Positions 18,313 through 28,059 of a DNA stretch of 64,000 nt are shown here, one piece after another; position 1 is the stretch's first letter, and every line of letters begins with the position of its first letter. The DNA comes from a virus. A program made the position numbers and the translations under genes. The stretch is from IMG/VR virus record IMGVR_UViG_3300037852_000220, positions 1 to 64,000 of that record, one strand, 5' to 3'. Below the pieces are notes generated by a model, which saw only the letters and a list, made by a program, of their open reading frames with translations, did not search any database and was not told where the DNA came from.

Positions 18313-18932
18313 TCGATCCCCGGGCCCAGGAAGCCTCTGAGCGGGGCCTGGCCGCCATCCGGGCGTCTGACTGGCCCGCGGCCGCCCAAGCCTTCTTGGA
18401 GGCCGTGCAGCTGGCCCCGGGAAGCGTCCAGGCCTGGTACAACCTGGCGAATGCCCGCACGCGCGCTGGCGATCATGCTGGAGCCCTGCCGGCGGTGCTG
18501 CGGGCCTTAAGACTCGAGTCTCGGTTCCCGAACCTCCAATTGCTGGCAGGAAACATCCACGCCGAGCTTGGGCAGTATCCGGCGGCCGTGGAGCGCTACG
18601 TGGCCGCGGTGGAGCAAGATCCCCGCCAAATAATCGCCAGCATCAACCTAGCGGTCGCCTTCGAGCGACTGAGCCTCCACGAGGAGGCCTGTGAATGCTA
18701 TGAGGTAGCGATTATGCTCGGGGCCGATCGCAGCACGGCACTGTCTTCCATGTATTACGCAGCACAGTCATGCGGCCGGTGGGATATCTCGGCCGACGCG
18801 CAGGCACGGTTCGATCAATACGTTCGGGAAGGTGGCGAGAATCGCGCAGCACCGTTCCAGATGCTGACGATGGAATCAACCCGAGCCATGCAGCTGGAAG
18901 CGGCGCGCAATTACGCGAAACGAATGTTATAG
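18309..18932 (+). CDS. TPR-repeat protein
   Basis: repeated AWYNLANARTRAGDHAGAL-type helical hairpins. Confidence 0.55.
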   Translation: MIDPRAQEASERGLAAIRASDWPAAAQAFLEAVQLAPGSVQAWYNLANARTRAGDHAGALPAVLRALRLESRFPNLQLLAGNIHAELGQYPAAVERYVAAVEQDPRQIIASINLAVAFERLSLHEEACECYEVAIMLGADRSTALSSMYYAAQSCGRWDISADAQARFDQYVREGGENRAAPFQMLTMESTRAMQLEAARNYAKRML

Positions 18933-19060
18933 AACCGGAGCGGCGTTGTATTTGCAACACGCCATTTCGTCGACAGCAGTAGCCCAAAATTTGCACCACA
19001 AAGTTCTGCCGGCACTATCAGGTTCGACGCGTTTTTCTGCATAATGCAAATAGATCTTTT

Positions 19061-19612
19061 TCATGGCAGAAGCTCATCCCTATCCGCGGCGACTATGGCT
19101 TGGAGGGCTCGGACTTGGTCGGCGAGGCGCTCAGCGTCTGTTGCGAGGCCGCTCGCCAGGTTGTCACACGACCCGAGTATGTTCCCGAGGGTTGCGGCGG
19201 GGTCATCAGTGTAGGATCCACTTGGGATTGGGCCGGGCAGTCGCTTACTTTCAGCGGCGCTGATATAGGCGGCAATGGTGCGCTGGAACACGCCATGATC
19301 AGCAGCGAGCTGAGCAGCGAGAGCATCAGTGCGCTGTTTTGCGACTTCGTTCTTTGCTTCGAGTGCTCGTTCATTTCGGTTACGCTCCTCTTCCTTGGCT
19401 TTCGCTTGGGTGACGAAATCGTCGTGATCCTTTTGGGACGCGACGGTCATGTTGGCAATCTTCACATCACGCGACGCGATCTCGGGCTTGGCGTATACCC
19501 ATACGCATAGCGCTGCGCCGGCTGCGGCAGCCGCAACGTAGGTCGCTAGTTTGAACCAGATGCTCGTCAATAGGGCAGCGGGATTCAAAAGCTTCAGTAG
19601 CCCAAACATCAT
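19061..19612 (-). CDS. i-spanin (Rz-like)
   Basis: N-terminal TM then coiled-coil Ala/Glu-rich periplasmic domain; last gene of lysis cassette. Confidence 0.5.
   Translation of the reverse strand: MMFGLLKLLNPAALLTSIWFKLATYVAAAAAGAALCVWVYAKPEIASRDVKIANMTVASQKDHDDFVTQAKAKEEERNRNERALEAKNEVAKQRTDALAAQLAADHGVFQRTIAAYISAAESKRLPGPIPSGSYTDDPAATLGNILGSCDNLASGLATDAERLADQVRALQAIVAADRDELLP
19093..19374 (-). CDS. o-spanin (Rz1-like) embedded in +1 frame of Rz
   Basis: signal + lipobox LLIMAC followed by Pro-rich mature region; fully embedded. Confidence 0.45.
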   Translation of the reverse strand: MNEHSKQRTKSQNSALMLSLLSSLLIMACSSAPLPPISAPLKVSDCPAQSQVDPTLMTPPQPSGTYSGRVTTWRAASQQTLSASPTKSEPSKP

Positions 19613-19836
19613 CGATCCCCTTCAATGTGCTGCTTCATCACGATAGCCGCAAGCACCGCGGCCGCGCCGAGTCCGAAAGCTTGGAAAGCATCGCCAGTGA
19701 TCGGCGTCATCTGCAAGAATTTCCAGCCCATGACTCCAAGCGTTCCGTATCCCCCAAGACGGACGGGGCACGTGGCGGTCGGATCCTTCGACTCATTGAA
19801 GATGTCTGCAGCTTTCTGCTTGATCCAAGCCCACAT
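19609..19836 (-). CDS. putative holin (75 aa, two TM segments)
   Basis: ATG 19836 with AAGGA 8 nt upstream; two hydrophobic helices; stop overlaps Rz start. Confidence 0.45.
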   Translation of the reverse strand: MWAWIKQKAADIFNESKDPTATCPVRLGGYGTLGVMGWKFLQMTPITGDAFQAFGLGAAAVLAAIVMKQHIEGDR

Positions 19837-19837
19837 G

Positions 19838-20299
19838 TCACGCGTCCTTCCATTTATATTCGACTTCGATCTTGGGCGCGCCATTGGCAGCCGTCATGAA
19901 GGCTTTGAAGGCGTCGCCACTATGTACGACGGCCAGCTGTAGCGGTTTCCCAGGCGGCGCGAGCTGGCCATGGGACGTGCCGAACACGGTGCATCCTTCG
20001 ACGTCCGAATGGAAACCTAGCGATACATCGCCGGCCCAATTGCCGATATGAAGCTCACATGCGACGCGATTCGGCACGTTGTCGAGTTCATACACGGGAT
20101 AGCCAAACTTCGACGTCGGTCGTAAATGTGCCACGAACAGACCGGGCGGCACACATGAGATCCCTGACGCATTATTGCGCCACGGGAGTTCCAGCGAGAA
20201 GCCTGTCCAAAGCTCTATGCCGGCAGGATGAACAAGTTCGGCGGTACCGGGCGTGCCCTGGTCCGTCGAGGGGTCACGCACGATGATCAGACGATCCAT
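19838..20299 (-). CDS. putative endolysin/peptidoglycan peptidase (153 aa)
   Basis: position immediately upstream of holin-spanin genes; His/Asp/Cys motifs HIGNWAGD..FHSDVEGC; function inferred from context only. Confidence 0.4.
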   Translation of the reverse strand: MDRLIIVRDPSTDQGTPGTAELVHPAGIELWTGFSLELPWRNNASGISCVPPGLFVAHLRPTSKFGYPVYELDNVPNRVACELHIGNWAGDVSLGFHSDVEGCTVFGTSHGQLAPPGKPLQLAVVHSGDAFKAFMTAANGAPKIEVEYKWKDA

Positions 20300-20303
20300 G
20301 ATG

Positions 20304-20600
20304 TCAGCCGAGACTCAGAGGAATGTGAAGCAGCTTGATTGCTGCAATGGTAACGCTACCCGTGGCAATATGCGAAACTGCGGAAGCGATACGCGCGCGG
20401 ACTTTGCTTGCACCCTCGCGCTCACGCATACCATTCAGCACCAGATCGAACTTGCCATTCATGCTGTCGAATTTACCACTCATCGACGCCAGGCCTGAAC
20501 GCATTTCATCCCGCACCTCTACGACTCTCTCCGAGAGGTTGTCGTAGTTGGTTTGCAGGACTGCGATTGAGACCCGAGCATCCACGAGTTGATCTTCCAC
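20304..20600 (-). CDS. hypothetical protein with C-terminal TM (98 aa)
   Basis: ORF track. Confidence 0.45.
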   Translation of the reverse strand: MEDQLVDARVSIAVLQTNYDNLSERVVEVRDEMRSGLASMSGKFDSMNGKFDLVLNGMREREGASKVRARIASAVSHIATGSVTIAAIKLLHIPLSLG

Positions 20601-20608
20601 AATGACCC

Positions 20609-21016
20609 CTACTGCGCTTGAAGCCAGTACGGCATGTTGCCGGAAGCCGCGCAGGTCACCGTGCCCGTTACCTGCACCTCGTAGTCATACGTTGGCACGG
20701 TCGCGACCGTCTCATCGCAGCCTTCCCAATGCGTCCGGGTATTGCTGAAGCAATGGCCCGGCGCGCTGTTCACGGTCATGGTGCTTAGATTCATGCTGCC
20801 GATCCGGCTCGCCGCCACGGAGGTGGAACTATTGGTGGCTTGGAAGACCTGTACGTCCGAGAACGAGCTACCCGGCGCGGTGCAGTACACGTTGAACTGA
20901 ACCGCCGGCCCTACCGTGAACGTCGGCGGGAAGGGGCAGGGGATCAGTCCACATTGCTGCGCGAACGCCGGAACGGACAGGGCCAGGGCAACCAGGAACA
21001 GGGCAATTCGTTTCAT
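20609..21016 (-). CDS. secreted Cys-containing protein (signal peptide)
   Basis: MKRIALFLVALALSVPAFAQQ signal; N-terminus similar to secreted protein at 53403-54266. Confidence 0.5.
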   Translation of the reverse strand: MKRIALFLVALALSVPAFAQQCGLIPCPFPPTFTVGPAVQFNVYCTAPGSSFSDVQVFQATNSSTSVAASRIGSMNLSTMTVNSAPGHCFSNTRTHWEGCDETVATVPTYDYEVQVTGTVTCAASGNMPYWLQAQ

Positions 21017-21028
21017 GGAGATCTCCGA

Positions 21029-21934
21029 TTAATAGAAGATAGCGACGTTGAATCCTGCATCGGCGGCAGACCCGCCTGCGGAATTGAATGTTTGCATGAT
21101 GAAGCTTCCGGCAGCCAAACTTGCGGGATCCTCTGTGGCCGTGAAGAATCCGCTATTAGTTGTCGCGATCACGGCATAGTTCGCATTTGGCATCGCGGTC
21201 CCGAAGGTGATCGTATAGACACCTGTGCCGGTATGCGACACGCTAATGGTATTGGGTCCGTTCTGATGCTGAATCACTCCGGACGAATTGACTCGGGCGA
21301 TAACCTGTGCCCCGAGGCCGTTGGCAGTCACGAAGGCCGTATTTGCGAGTTTGGTAGAGCTGTCGCCAGCCGCAGCCGTCGGACCGTTTTGAAAACCACC
21401 GGCATTCGACATCAAAACGAATGACGTGCCCACCGACGTGTAAATCACCGTGACCATGGCGTTGGCGATGAGTTCGCCGCCAACGAGGGCACCGTTGTCC
21501 TGATTTACTATCGCATGCGCGGGCGATCCGTTTATCGAAAGTGTCGATGCGCCAGTGTTCGAATGATTGGGTCGGAACGAGTAAACCGCGCCGTCGGTCA
21601 ACGAAGCTGCCGGCAGATATGTCAGGCTATATGAATTGGCAACCGAACTCTGATCCACTTGAAATTGACACGCTTGAATCGCCGACAACAGATTGGTAAG
21701 CAATGTCGAAGTCGTGCCATCATCGACCGAATTCTGCCCCGTGACATCGGCGATGAATTGCGCCAGCACCGCGGCAATGATCGACGCCTGGCGCCAGGTC
21801 TTGTTCAGCTGGTTCGACTCGGCGATACCCGTCTGGTATCCAGGTCCAAGCGCCGCCATCGATGCATAGGTCGATTGGGGGACGACATTGGCACCGCTGG
21901 CGGCGGCGAACGGGAGAAAATCGTTGGAGGGCAT
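21029..21934 (-). CDS. tail fibre protein
   Basis: Gly/Ser/Thr/Asn-rich beta-rich composition typical of tail fibres; MPSNDFLPFAAASGANV N-terminus. Confidence 0.6.
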   Translation of the reverse strand: MPSNDFLPFAAASGANVVPQSTYASMAALGPGYQTGIAESNQLNKTWRQASIIAAVLAQFIADVTGQNSVDDGTTSTLLTNLLSAIQACQFQVDQSSVANSYSLTYLPAASLTDGAVYSFRPNHSNTGASTLSINGSPAHAIVNQDNGALVGGELIANAMVTVIYTSVGTSFVLMSNAGGFQNGPTAAAGDSSTKLANTAFVTANGLGAQVIARVNSSGVIQHQNGPNTISVSHTGTGVYTITFGTAMPNANYAVIATTNSGFFTATEDPASLAAGSFIMQTFNSAGGSAADAGFNVAIFY

Positions 21935-21968
21935 GGGGGATCCTTAGGCAGGTGAATTATAGCGGGAA

Positions 21969-23024
21969 TCACGTCACGGTGGCGGTGGCCGCCGCGGTAT
22001 CGGCACCTTCTAGGATGGCGGCGCTGCCAACGGACGAATCGGTGTCGGTTCCATGTACGGTGTCGTGCCGCTCGGTCACAGCTACCGTACCGGAAGAGAT
22101 CTTCTGCGCACCGGCGGCCGCTATGTCATGCGACTCGTGCGGCGTCCCACTGAGAGTGGCGTACGTAGACCCAGTCGACGCGGATACGACAGTGTCATGC
22201 CCTTCCGTGACGGCGGCGGTCCCGGCGATCGACGTATTAAACGCATGAACCTGATCATGAGACTCGAGAATTGCGCCGACGAGAACGCCCGGGGTGAAGC
22301 TACCTGCAGCCACTCGGTCGTGACCTTCATGAATCGCACCACTCATGAACACGGCTGGTGCGATCGTAAAGGCTTCCGACGCCCACGCGCCTTGATCGAA
22401 ACCCTGAATGATTGCGTCTTCGATATCGAAACCGAACAGCGGTGTGAACGGGACACCGCCCGAACCTTGCGCAAAATAATGATTCGTGACACCTACGCCG
22501 GCCGCTACCACGTCGAGATAGCCGTTTTTGTAAAGCGACTGCGTGACAGCATTCGGAACTGGCCCGACCAGCAAAAATGCGATCGTCATGTCTTGGTGAT
22601 CGATGATGTATTCGCTGTAACCGAGCGGATTCCAGAATTGATTCAGCACTCGCTCGCCGCCGGGTACTGTGCCATCCCAATGGTTGGCGGCCACGGTGGC
22701 GTACAGAAGCAAACGGTATTCGTCATCGGGTAGCGGATAGAGAACCGTATTGCCGCCAACGAGTGGCGCCCACGCGCCTTGGTCGAAACCCAGGCCGGCG
22801 ATGTCGAAAGAGAAGAACAGTCCCGTGATCGGCACGTTAACAAAGCGCGTCGGGCCGATCCATTGCCCCGTGGTGTCGAGCTGCGATCCGATCGCCGTGT
22901 CGAGATCGTACAACGCAGGAATTCCGTTCGTAACATTCTGCTGATCGACGAGCGGCTGCAGCAACGCCTTCATCACTGCGACGAAGTCGGGCTGACTGAA
23001 TGGTGCTTGCGGCAACTGGCTCAT
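21969..23024 (-). CDS. tail fibre-associated protein with E-x-HD repeats
   Basis: start MSQLPQ at 23024 (2 nt after upstream stop); repeats EGHDRV/ESHDQV/EGHDTV shared with 40929-42053. Confidence 0.5.
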   Translation of the reverse strand: MSQLPQAPFSQPDFVAVMKALLQPLVDQQNVTNGIPALYDLDTAIGSQLDTTGQWIGPTRFVNVPITGLFFSFDIAGLGFDQGAWAPLVGGNTVLYPLPDDEYRLLLYATVAANHWDGTVPGGERVLNQFWNPLGYSEYIIDHQDMTIAFLLVGPVPNAVTQSLYKNGYLDVVAAGVGVTNHYFAQGSGGVPFTPLFGFDIEDAIIQGFDQGAWASEAFTIAPAVFMSGAIHEGHDRVAAGSFTPGVLVGAILESHDQVHAFNTSIAGTAAVTEGHDTVVSASTGSTYATLSGTPHESHDIAAAGAQKISSGTVAVTERHDTVHGTDTDSSVGSAAILEGADTAAATATVT

Positions 23025-23026
23025 GA

Positions 23027-23893
23027 TCAGAACGCAAAAGGATACGCCGGAGGCGTGAAATTCGCAGTATATCGAGCGACAGGACTCATTCGGATTTCGT
23101 CCATGAAGCAAGGGCACGAGATCCCTTGCACTTGGTCTCCGAATACCACGCTACCGCCATCATTTCCAGGACCTGAGGCGGTTCCTCCGGTAGCGGTAGA
23201 CCATTGTACTCCATCCAAATAGGCCGCATAAACTTCGCTGCCGCTTATCGCTTGGCCGACAAGCGCAAAGTGATGCCACGTATTTAACGAAAGGGCAGGG
23301 GACGCACTCGACGTGTAATCCCAATTGCCTATAGTAGAGGGGGTACCGACGTTAATGGTTATCTGTCCGGACGTATTGATAAACGCACCGAACCCTGTGA
23401 AATTGAGACTGCTCACGTGCTTGGTATAGATATTGTTGTTCGCAGCAGGATATGCCTGCAAATATACGAACAACTCGACGGTCCAATTTGACGGAAGATT
23501 TAGACTTGGTGCATTCCCACAGTTGATTCCATTCGAACCTACGCTTGATATTTGTAATGATGATGGTCCGAATTTCGATTGAGCAGTTGAGAGCGCCGCA
23601 GAACCTACGAAGGTTATTGTGTTTCCGTATACATCGGTAGTCGTCGTAGCACCGTTGAGTCCGTCAAGATGAAGCAATAGAACGGATGAGGTTCCAGAGG
23701 TGCCAAGCGCATGCACTATGTCAGAGTATTCCGTTACCGCAATATTACCCAACTGTAGCGATCCGCTCACGCGTACGCCATCATGTCCTTCCACAATGTT
23801 TGCGCGCGCCAAAATAGGCGCAAGCGGCGGAACCAATAGTCCGCTATTGTGCTCAGGCACAATCAACTTGATGTATTGGTCGACTAGGATCAT
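23027..23893 (-). CDS. LamG (concanavalin-like) domain tail fibre paralog B
   Basis: LLHLDG.NG.TTTTDVYGNT and C-terminal ARYTANFTPPAYPFAF; N-term MILVDQYIKLIVPEHNSGLL identical to paralog A. Confidence 0.6.
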   Translation of the reverse strand: MILVDQYIKLIVPEHNSGLLVPPLAPILARANIVEGHDGVRVSGSLQLGNIAVTEYSDIVHALGTSGTSSVLLLHLDGLNGATTTTDVYGNTITFVGSAALSTAQSKFGPSSLQISSVGSNGINCGNAPSLNLPSNWTVELFVYLQAYPAANNNIYTKHVSSLNFTGFGAFINTSGQITINVGTPSTIGNWDYTSSASPALSLNTWHHFALVGQAISGSEVYAAYLDGVQWSTATGGTASGPGNDGGSVVFGDQVQGISCPCFMDEIRMSPVARYTANFTPPAYPFAF

Positions 23894-23895
23894 GA

Positions 23896-24747
23896 TTAGA
23901 ACGCAAACGGATACGCCGGAGGCGTGAAATTGGACGTGTAACGAGCTACGTTGCTGAATCGAACTTCATCTATATTCCCGTCGAATATTTCTCCGATAGC
24001 TGCGATATCTCCGCCTATGGCAATTGGGTGTCCATTCGTGGAAATAGTCCCCGTGAGTGTCCCACTGCCGAAAGAAGTGCCTTGAAAGAATGCAATCATT
24101 ATTCCGGACGAACGAACAAGCGCACAATGCAACCACTGACCGGTCGGTACCGTAGGGCCAATTGCGGCAAATTGATATGCGCCAACACTGTTGCTTGCAT
24201 AAAAATGAATGAGATGGTTTATATCGCATTGAAGCAGAAGCCATGACGCCCCACCCACCGTTCCTGTTTGACCTAAGAACGAAGTGTTGATAGCCATAGA
24301 AGTTATCGTGTTGAAATACACGAAACATTCAATCGTGAAATCTCCAACAAAATCCCATTGAGTTGCGTCAGGCGTAGTGATACGTTGATTAGTAGTGCTA
24401 AGAAGAGATGCTGTTCCAAATTTGAAGTTTGTAGTCGATAGTGCCGCACCGTTCACACCAGTCCAAGTGTTTCCATACACGTCCGTGAAAGTGGTTGAAC
24501 CATTCGTACCATCAAGATGCAACAACGCCAATCCGTTCGGCCCGGACTGCAACTGCCCAAATACCGTATCTGGAGATTCTTGTACTGCTACTCTTCCAAT
24601 CGCATTCAAGAAAGAACGAGCACTGACGCGATCGTAGCCTTCGATGATCGCAGCACGGCCTAGAATTGGAGCCAACGGTGGCGCTAGAAGCCCGCTGTTG
24701 TGCTCAGGCACAATCAGCTTTATGTATTGATCAACGAGGATCATCAC
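23896..24747 (-). CDS. LamG domain tail fibre paralog A
   Basis: same N- and C-terminal blocks as 23027-23893, divergent middle. Confidence 0.6.
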   Translation of the reverse strand: MMILVDQYIKLIVPEHNSGLLAPPLAPILGRAAIIEGYDRVSARSFLNAIGRVAVQESPDTVFGQLQSGPNGLALLHLDGTNGSTTFTDVYGNTWTGVNGAALSTTNFKFGTASLLSTTNQRITTPDATQWDFVGDFTIECFVYFNTITSMAINTSFLGQTGTVGGASWLLLQCDINHLIHFYASNSVGAYQFAAIGPTVPTGQWLHCALVRSSGIMIAFFQGTSFGSGTLTGTISTNGHPIAIGGDIAAIGEIFDGNIDEVRFSNVARYTSNFTPPAYPFAF

Positions 24748-25940
24748 GTCACCGTGACGACAACATTGGCAGGCACGCAGAATGCCGCAGCGTTAAACGC
24801 GATCGGGATGTTCACTGTGCCCGTGGGGCTCGGAGCCAGTCCCACCGTGAGTGCGGTGATGTAATACGTCGCGCCCACTCCGGTCGATTCGAGTTGTGCG
24901 GCAGGATACAGTTGCGAGTAAAACACCTCACCGCCAATCGGGAGAGACTCGAGAAATGCTGAAACTGCCGCTTGAATCGAACCTACGGTGCTACCCGCAA
25001 ATCCAGGCAATGCTTTGATCGTGATGCTCACATAGATCGGAATTTCAGTCAGCACGTCGAAGTGAATCACGATCGGCAATCCTGAACCTTGATCGATAAC
25101 CGTAAACGTCTCGGCTCCATACGTACCTGTACCCTCAGACTTCGTCTTCTGAATCGTGTTGGCGATCGTCTGCAGATCCCCGCCGGCCACGATGACGTCG
25201 ATCGAGTGACTCGGCACACCGTTGACATCCGTCGAGCTTGTGTTGTTCTCGTAAACCGTCCACTGCGTTACACCAGGCAGCTGCCCGATTGCCGCAAAGA
25301 TTGCGGCAAGAGGTGACGTCGCCGGCAGTGCGACAGATTTGGACTGACGCACGCGAAGAGTCGCGTCAGTTTCAACAGGTGCGCCGGGCACTGCAATATG
25401 CACCGGGTTGTTCACTGTCGACCATCCGAGTTGCGGATTGAATATGATGTTTACGCTGTTGGTCGTTGCGCTAATGGCTCCGATCTGTTGCGCCGTAGCG
25501 GTTTCGTCGATTGCGCCCGCGAGAGGGATCGTAACGCTCGCGGGCAGATTCCACAGATTTCCATTCGTGTCTTGCACCACACCATTGGTAATGGTGGTTC
25601 CAGCGGTACCCGTGATAGTTACGACGACGGTGCTGTTCGTGGCCACGTCTCGCGTCAGACCGTTAATCCGAACCAAGCTCGACAGATTGGCCCCTTGAGC
25701 AAATGACGGACTGAAAGATTGATATGCCGCTACGATGGCGTTGTTTCCGTCACTGATTGCCTTGGCAAATACAGCGAGCATGTTGCCATCCTGGCTGTCC
25801 GGAGAGATCACCGCATCGGAGCCGTAGATACCCTGGAAACTGGCCTGCAGCGACGCATAAACGTCCGCATACGTCGGGATAGTGATACCGGCGCTCGTGA
25901 TGGTAGGGCCGAGCGTGGCGAGCGGATAGGGTCCAGCCAT
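24744..25940 (-). CDS. baseplate J-like protein (Mu gp47/P2 gpJ family)
   Basis: N-terminal MAGPYPLATLG...IPTYADVYASL pattern and size. Confidence 0.7.
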   Translation of the reverse strand: MAGPYPLATLGPTITSAGITIPTYADVYASLQASFQGIYGSDAVISPDSQDGNMLAVFAKAISDGNNAIVAAYQSFSPSFAQGANLSSLVRINGLTRDVATNSTVVVTITGTAGTTITNGVVQDTNGNLWNLPASVTIPLAGAIDETATAQQIGAISATTNSVNIIFNPQLGWSTVNNPVHIAVPGAPVETDATLRVRQSKSVALPATSPLAAIFAAIGQLPGVTQWTVYENNTSSTDVNGVPSHSIDVIVAGGDLQTIANTIQKTKSEGTGTYGAETFTVIDQGSGLPIVIHFDVLTEIPIYVSITIKALPGFAGSTVGSIQAAVSAFLESLPIGGEVFYSQLYPAAQLESTGVGATYYITALTVGLAPSPTGTVNIPIAFNAAAFCVPANVVVTVT

Positions 25941-25950
25941 GGCAGTTTCC

Positions 25951-26298
25951 TCAAAGACTGAGCGTTATCGGCGCGGTGCCGTAAATCGTATCGATGGTTG
26001 CAGTGATCGTCAGGGCGCGACCATTCAACTGCGACGAATAGTCCAGGATCTGATTCACTCCCGGCGTATTCAGGATCGCGCTTTGAATCGCCCCATCGCG
26101 GACGCCTGCAGTGCCGAATCCAATCACTTGCTGCAAGTACGGTACCCCGACATTCGTATCGAGGAACCACTGACCTTGCCATAGGCGCAAACGCGTCAGG
26201 ACCGCCTGAGCGACGCATTGCGGCGAGTTGACCAGGAACTGCGTGTGCCCGCTGAAGATCGTGCTATCGCCAGTTGGAGTGAGCTCGCGGTATCGCAT
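25951..26298 (-). CDS. baseplate wedge protein (gp25/Mu gp46-like)
   Basis: 115 aa immediately upstream of baseplate J. Confidence 0.5.
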   Translation of the reverse strand: MRYRELTPTGDSTIFSGHTQFLVNSPQCVAQAVLTRLRLWQGQWFLDTNVGVPYLQQVIGFGTAGVRDGAIQSAILNTPGVNQILDYSSQLNGRALTITATIDTIYGTAPITLSL

Positions 26299-26306
26299 TT
26301 TTGTCT

Positions 26307-27044
26307 CTATGCTACGGGGCCACTGTCGTCGCCGCCAGTTTGAACCAAAGTGTGGAGGTGGGTCTCGTCGATGCGATGGCCATTGGCAACCACTTCGCCC
26401 GCAAATGTGCTCGTGGCCGCGGTGATTCCTACAGCTGCAGCATCGATGATCGTGTTTCCTACGGATGCGACATTGACCTGACCCGCAGCATTCAGATTGA
26501 TGTCGCCGCCCGCATTGATATTCACGTTGGCAGGCGTGTGAATGTTCACAACGTGGCCGCCGGCAATCTCGATGTACGCCTGGCCATCATCTGAGCGCAA
26601 TTGTACCGTATTCGTGCTGACGCTTGGCAGGGCATGCGGAAGACTGGAAACGCCCACGCGGACGAATCCATCGGACAGATCGTGCATCCGAAGATCCCCT
26701 TGCTGACTCATTTGGCCAGTCGACCACCACCCGTCGATGCAGCGACTGGAAAATGCCACTGTGCATTCATCTCCGGGCTGAATGGGGAATGTCAGGTGAT
26801 ATCCCCCTCCTCCTGGAAACTCCACGGGGCAATCGGCGATCACTGGCATCTGAATGTGTGCGGGCGAGCCTGTCCGAGGATCATTCCACTGGATGATGAT
26901 CTGGGGCTGAACCTGACACGTTTGTTTCACCGCGTCGTAACTGACGATCTTCGCCGGCAGAAGAGTCCATATGTTCGCCTGACGGCCGCGGATCGCCGCA
27001 ATCACGGCGCTTCGCAAGTCGTTTACGCGTTCGCGCGGATCCAT
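26307..27044 (-). CDS. baseplate spike/assembly protein (Mu gp45-like)
   Basis: synteny and C-terminal beta-helix like repeats VNIHTPANVNINAGGDINLNAAGQVNV. Confidence 0.6.
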   Translation of the reverse strand: MDPRERVNDLRSAVIAAIRGRQANIWTLLPAKIVSYDAVKQTCQVQPQIIIQWNDPRTGSPAHIQMPVIADCPVEFPGGGGYHLTFPIQPGDECTVAFSSRCIDGWWSTGQMSQQGDLRMHDLSDGFVRVGVSSLPHALPSVSTNTVQLRSDDGQAYIEIAGGHVVNIHTPANVNINAGGDINLNAAGQVNVASVGNTIIDAAAVGITAATSTFAGEVVANGHRIDETHLHTLVQTGGDDSGPVA

Positions 27045-27045
27045 C

Positions 27046-28059
27046 CTAACCTCCGGTCAATGGGTTCGTTAGAACCGTCGAGGTGGTTTTGTCGGTAGCC
27101 AGGCACGTTAAATTGGCGTACCACTTCTGACCGCGCGTGTCACCTTCGTACTCGATGACATATATACGGTAAACGCCGTCGAACGTCGTCTTTGCAACGT
27201 AATCGATGTCCTTGCCTCGGCTGCGAAAACTGACACCTGCCGAACCGCCCTGTGCCAGGTTAATCGAACTACCGATGAAGGTGTTGATCAGATCGGCGTT
27301 CAGTTGAATCGTGCCGCCAACTTGTAGCAGCGGGTTAATCAAACACTGAATCTTGAGACCCTCATTTGTCGCTTCCGGAATGCCGGTTACGCCTGTCTGT
27401 GTCGACATCTGGATCGGAGGCCCCGGCAGATATCGGTTAACCGGAATCAATTGCAGCACGCCTTGCTGGATTGACCACGAGACATTCAAAGTAGATGCCA
27501 GCGTATGGATCGTGTCGCGTGCCGCTCCGAACAACACTTTCGAACGAGGATTCGCGATACCTGTTTTCAAAGTGTCAAAGTCATCACGAACGACAACGGA
27601 TGTCTCGCCATTACTCACATTGCTGATAGCTTTGTTTCCTGCGGCAACTGCAGCCGCTATGACTTGCTGCGGCGTATTGCCTTTCGCCAGAGAAGTGCTC
27701 ACAAAGCCTTGGTTGTAAAACACGTCAGCGTCGGAACATAGCAAATCAAGATACGTGCGCGTGGCAGTCTCTTTGCCTTTTCGAAATTGTTTGATCGAAC
27801 CTGCAAAGATCGCAGCGGATGGCCCATTCTGATAGCCAGCTTCCAGAGTCACCGTTGTGAATTCGAGCAGGATCTTGTTCATCGTCTCGGGTTTCAAGTT
27901 GTATACCCGAATGACGGCCGTGTTGGGGTGATCAATGTCCGCAGCCTCAATGCTGAACACGATGCGGAATTCTGACAAATCAAGTGTTTCACCTGCTGCA
28001 CTGGTTATTCGCAGCACGCATTTTCTATTGAACAAACCTATCTGATCGGTAGTCATCAC
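27046..28059 (-). CDS. baseplate hub protein (Mu gp44/P2 gpD-like)
   Basis: synteny between tape-measure region and gp45-like gene. Confidence 0.5.
   Translation of the reverse strand: MMTTDQIGLFNRKCVLRITSAAGETLDLSEFRIVFSIEAADIDHPNTAVIRVYNLKPETMNKILLEFTTVTLEAGYQNGPSAAIFAGSIKQFRKGKETATRTYLDLLCSDADVFYNQGFVSTSLAKGNTPQQVIAAAVAAGNKAISNVSNGETSVVVRDDFDTLKTGIANPRSKVLFGAARDTIHTLASTLNVSWSIQQGVLQLIPVNRYLPGPPIQMSTQTGVTGIPEATNEGLKIQCLINPLLQVGGTIQLNADLINTFIGSSINLAQGGSAGVSFRSRGKDIDYVAKTTFDGVYRIYVIEYEGDTRGQKWYANLTCLATDKTTSTVLTNPLTGG

Noticed and set aside
18933-19060. Bidirectional terminator between converging early and lysis operons
   Set aside because: Only short imperfect hairpins without a U-tract. 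Not convincing.
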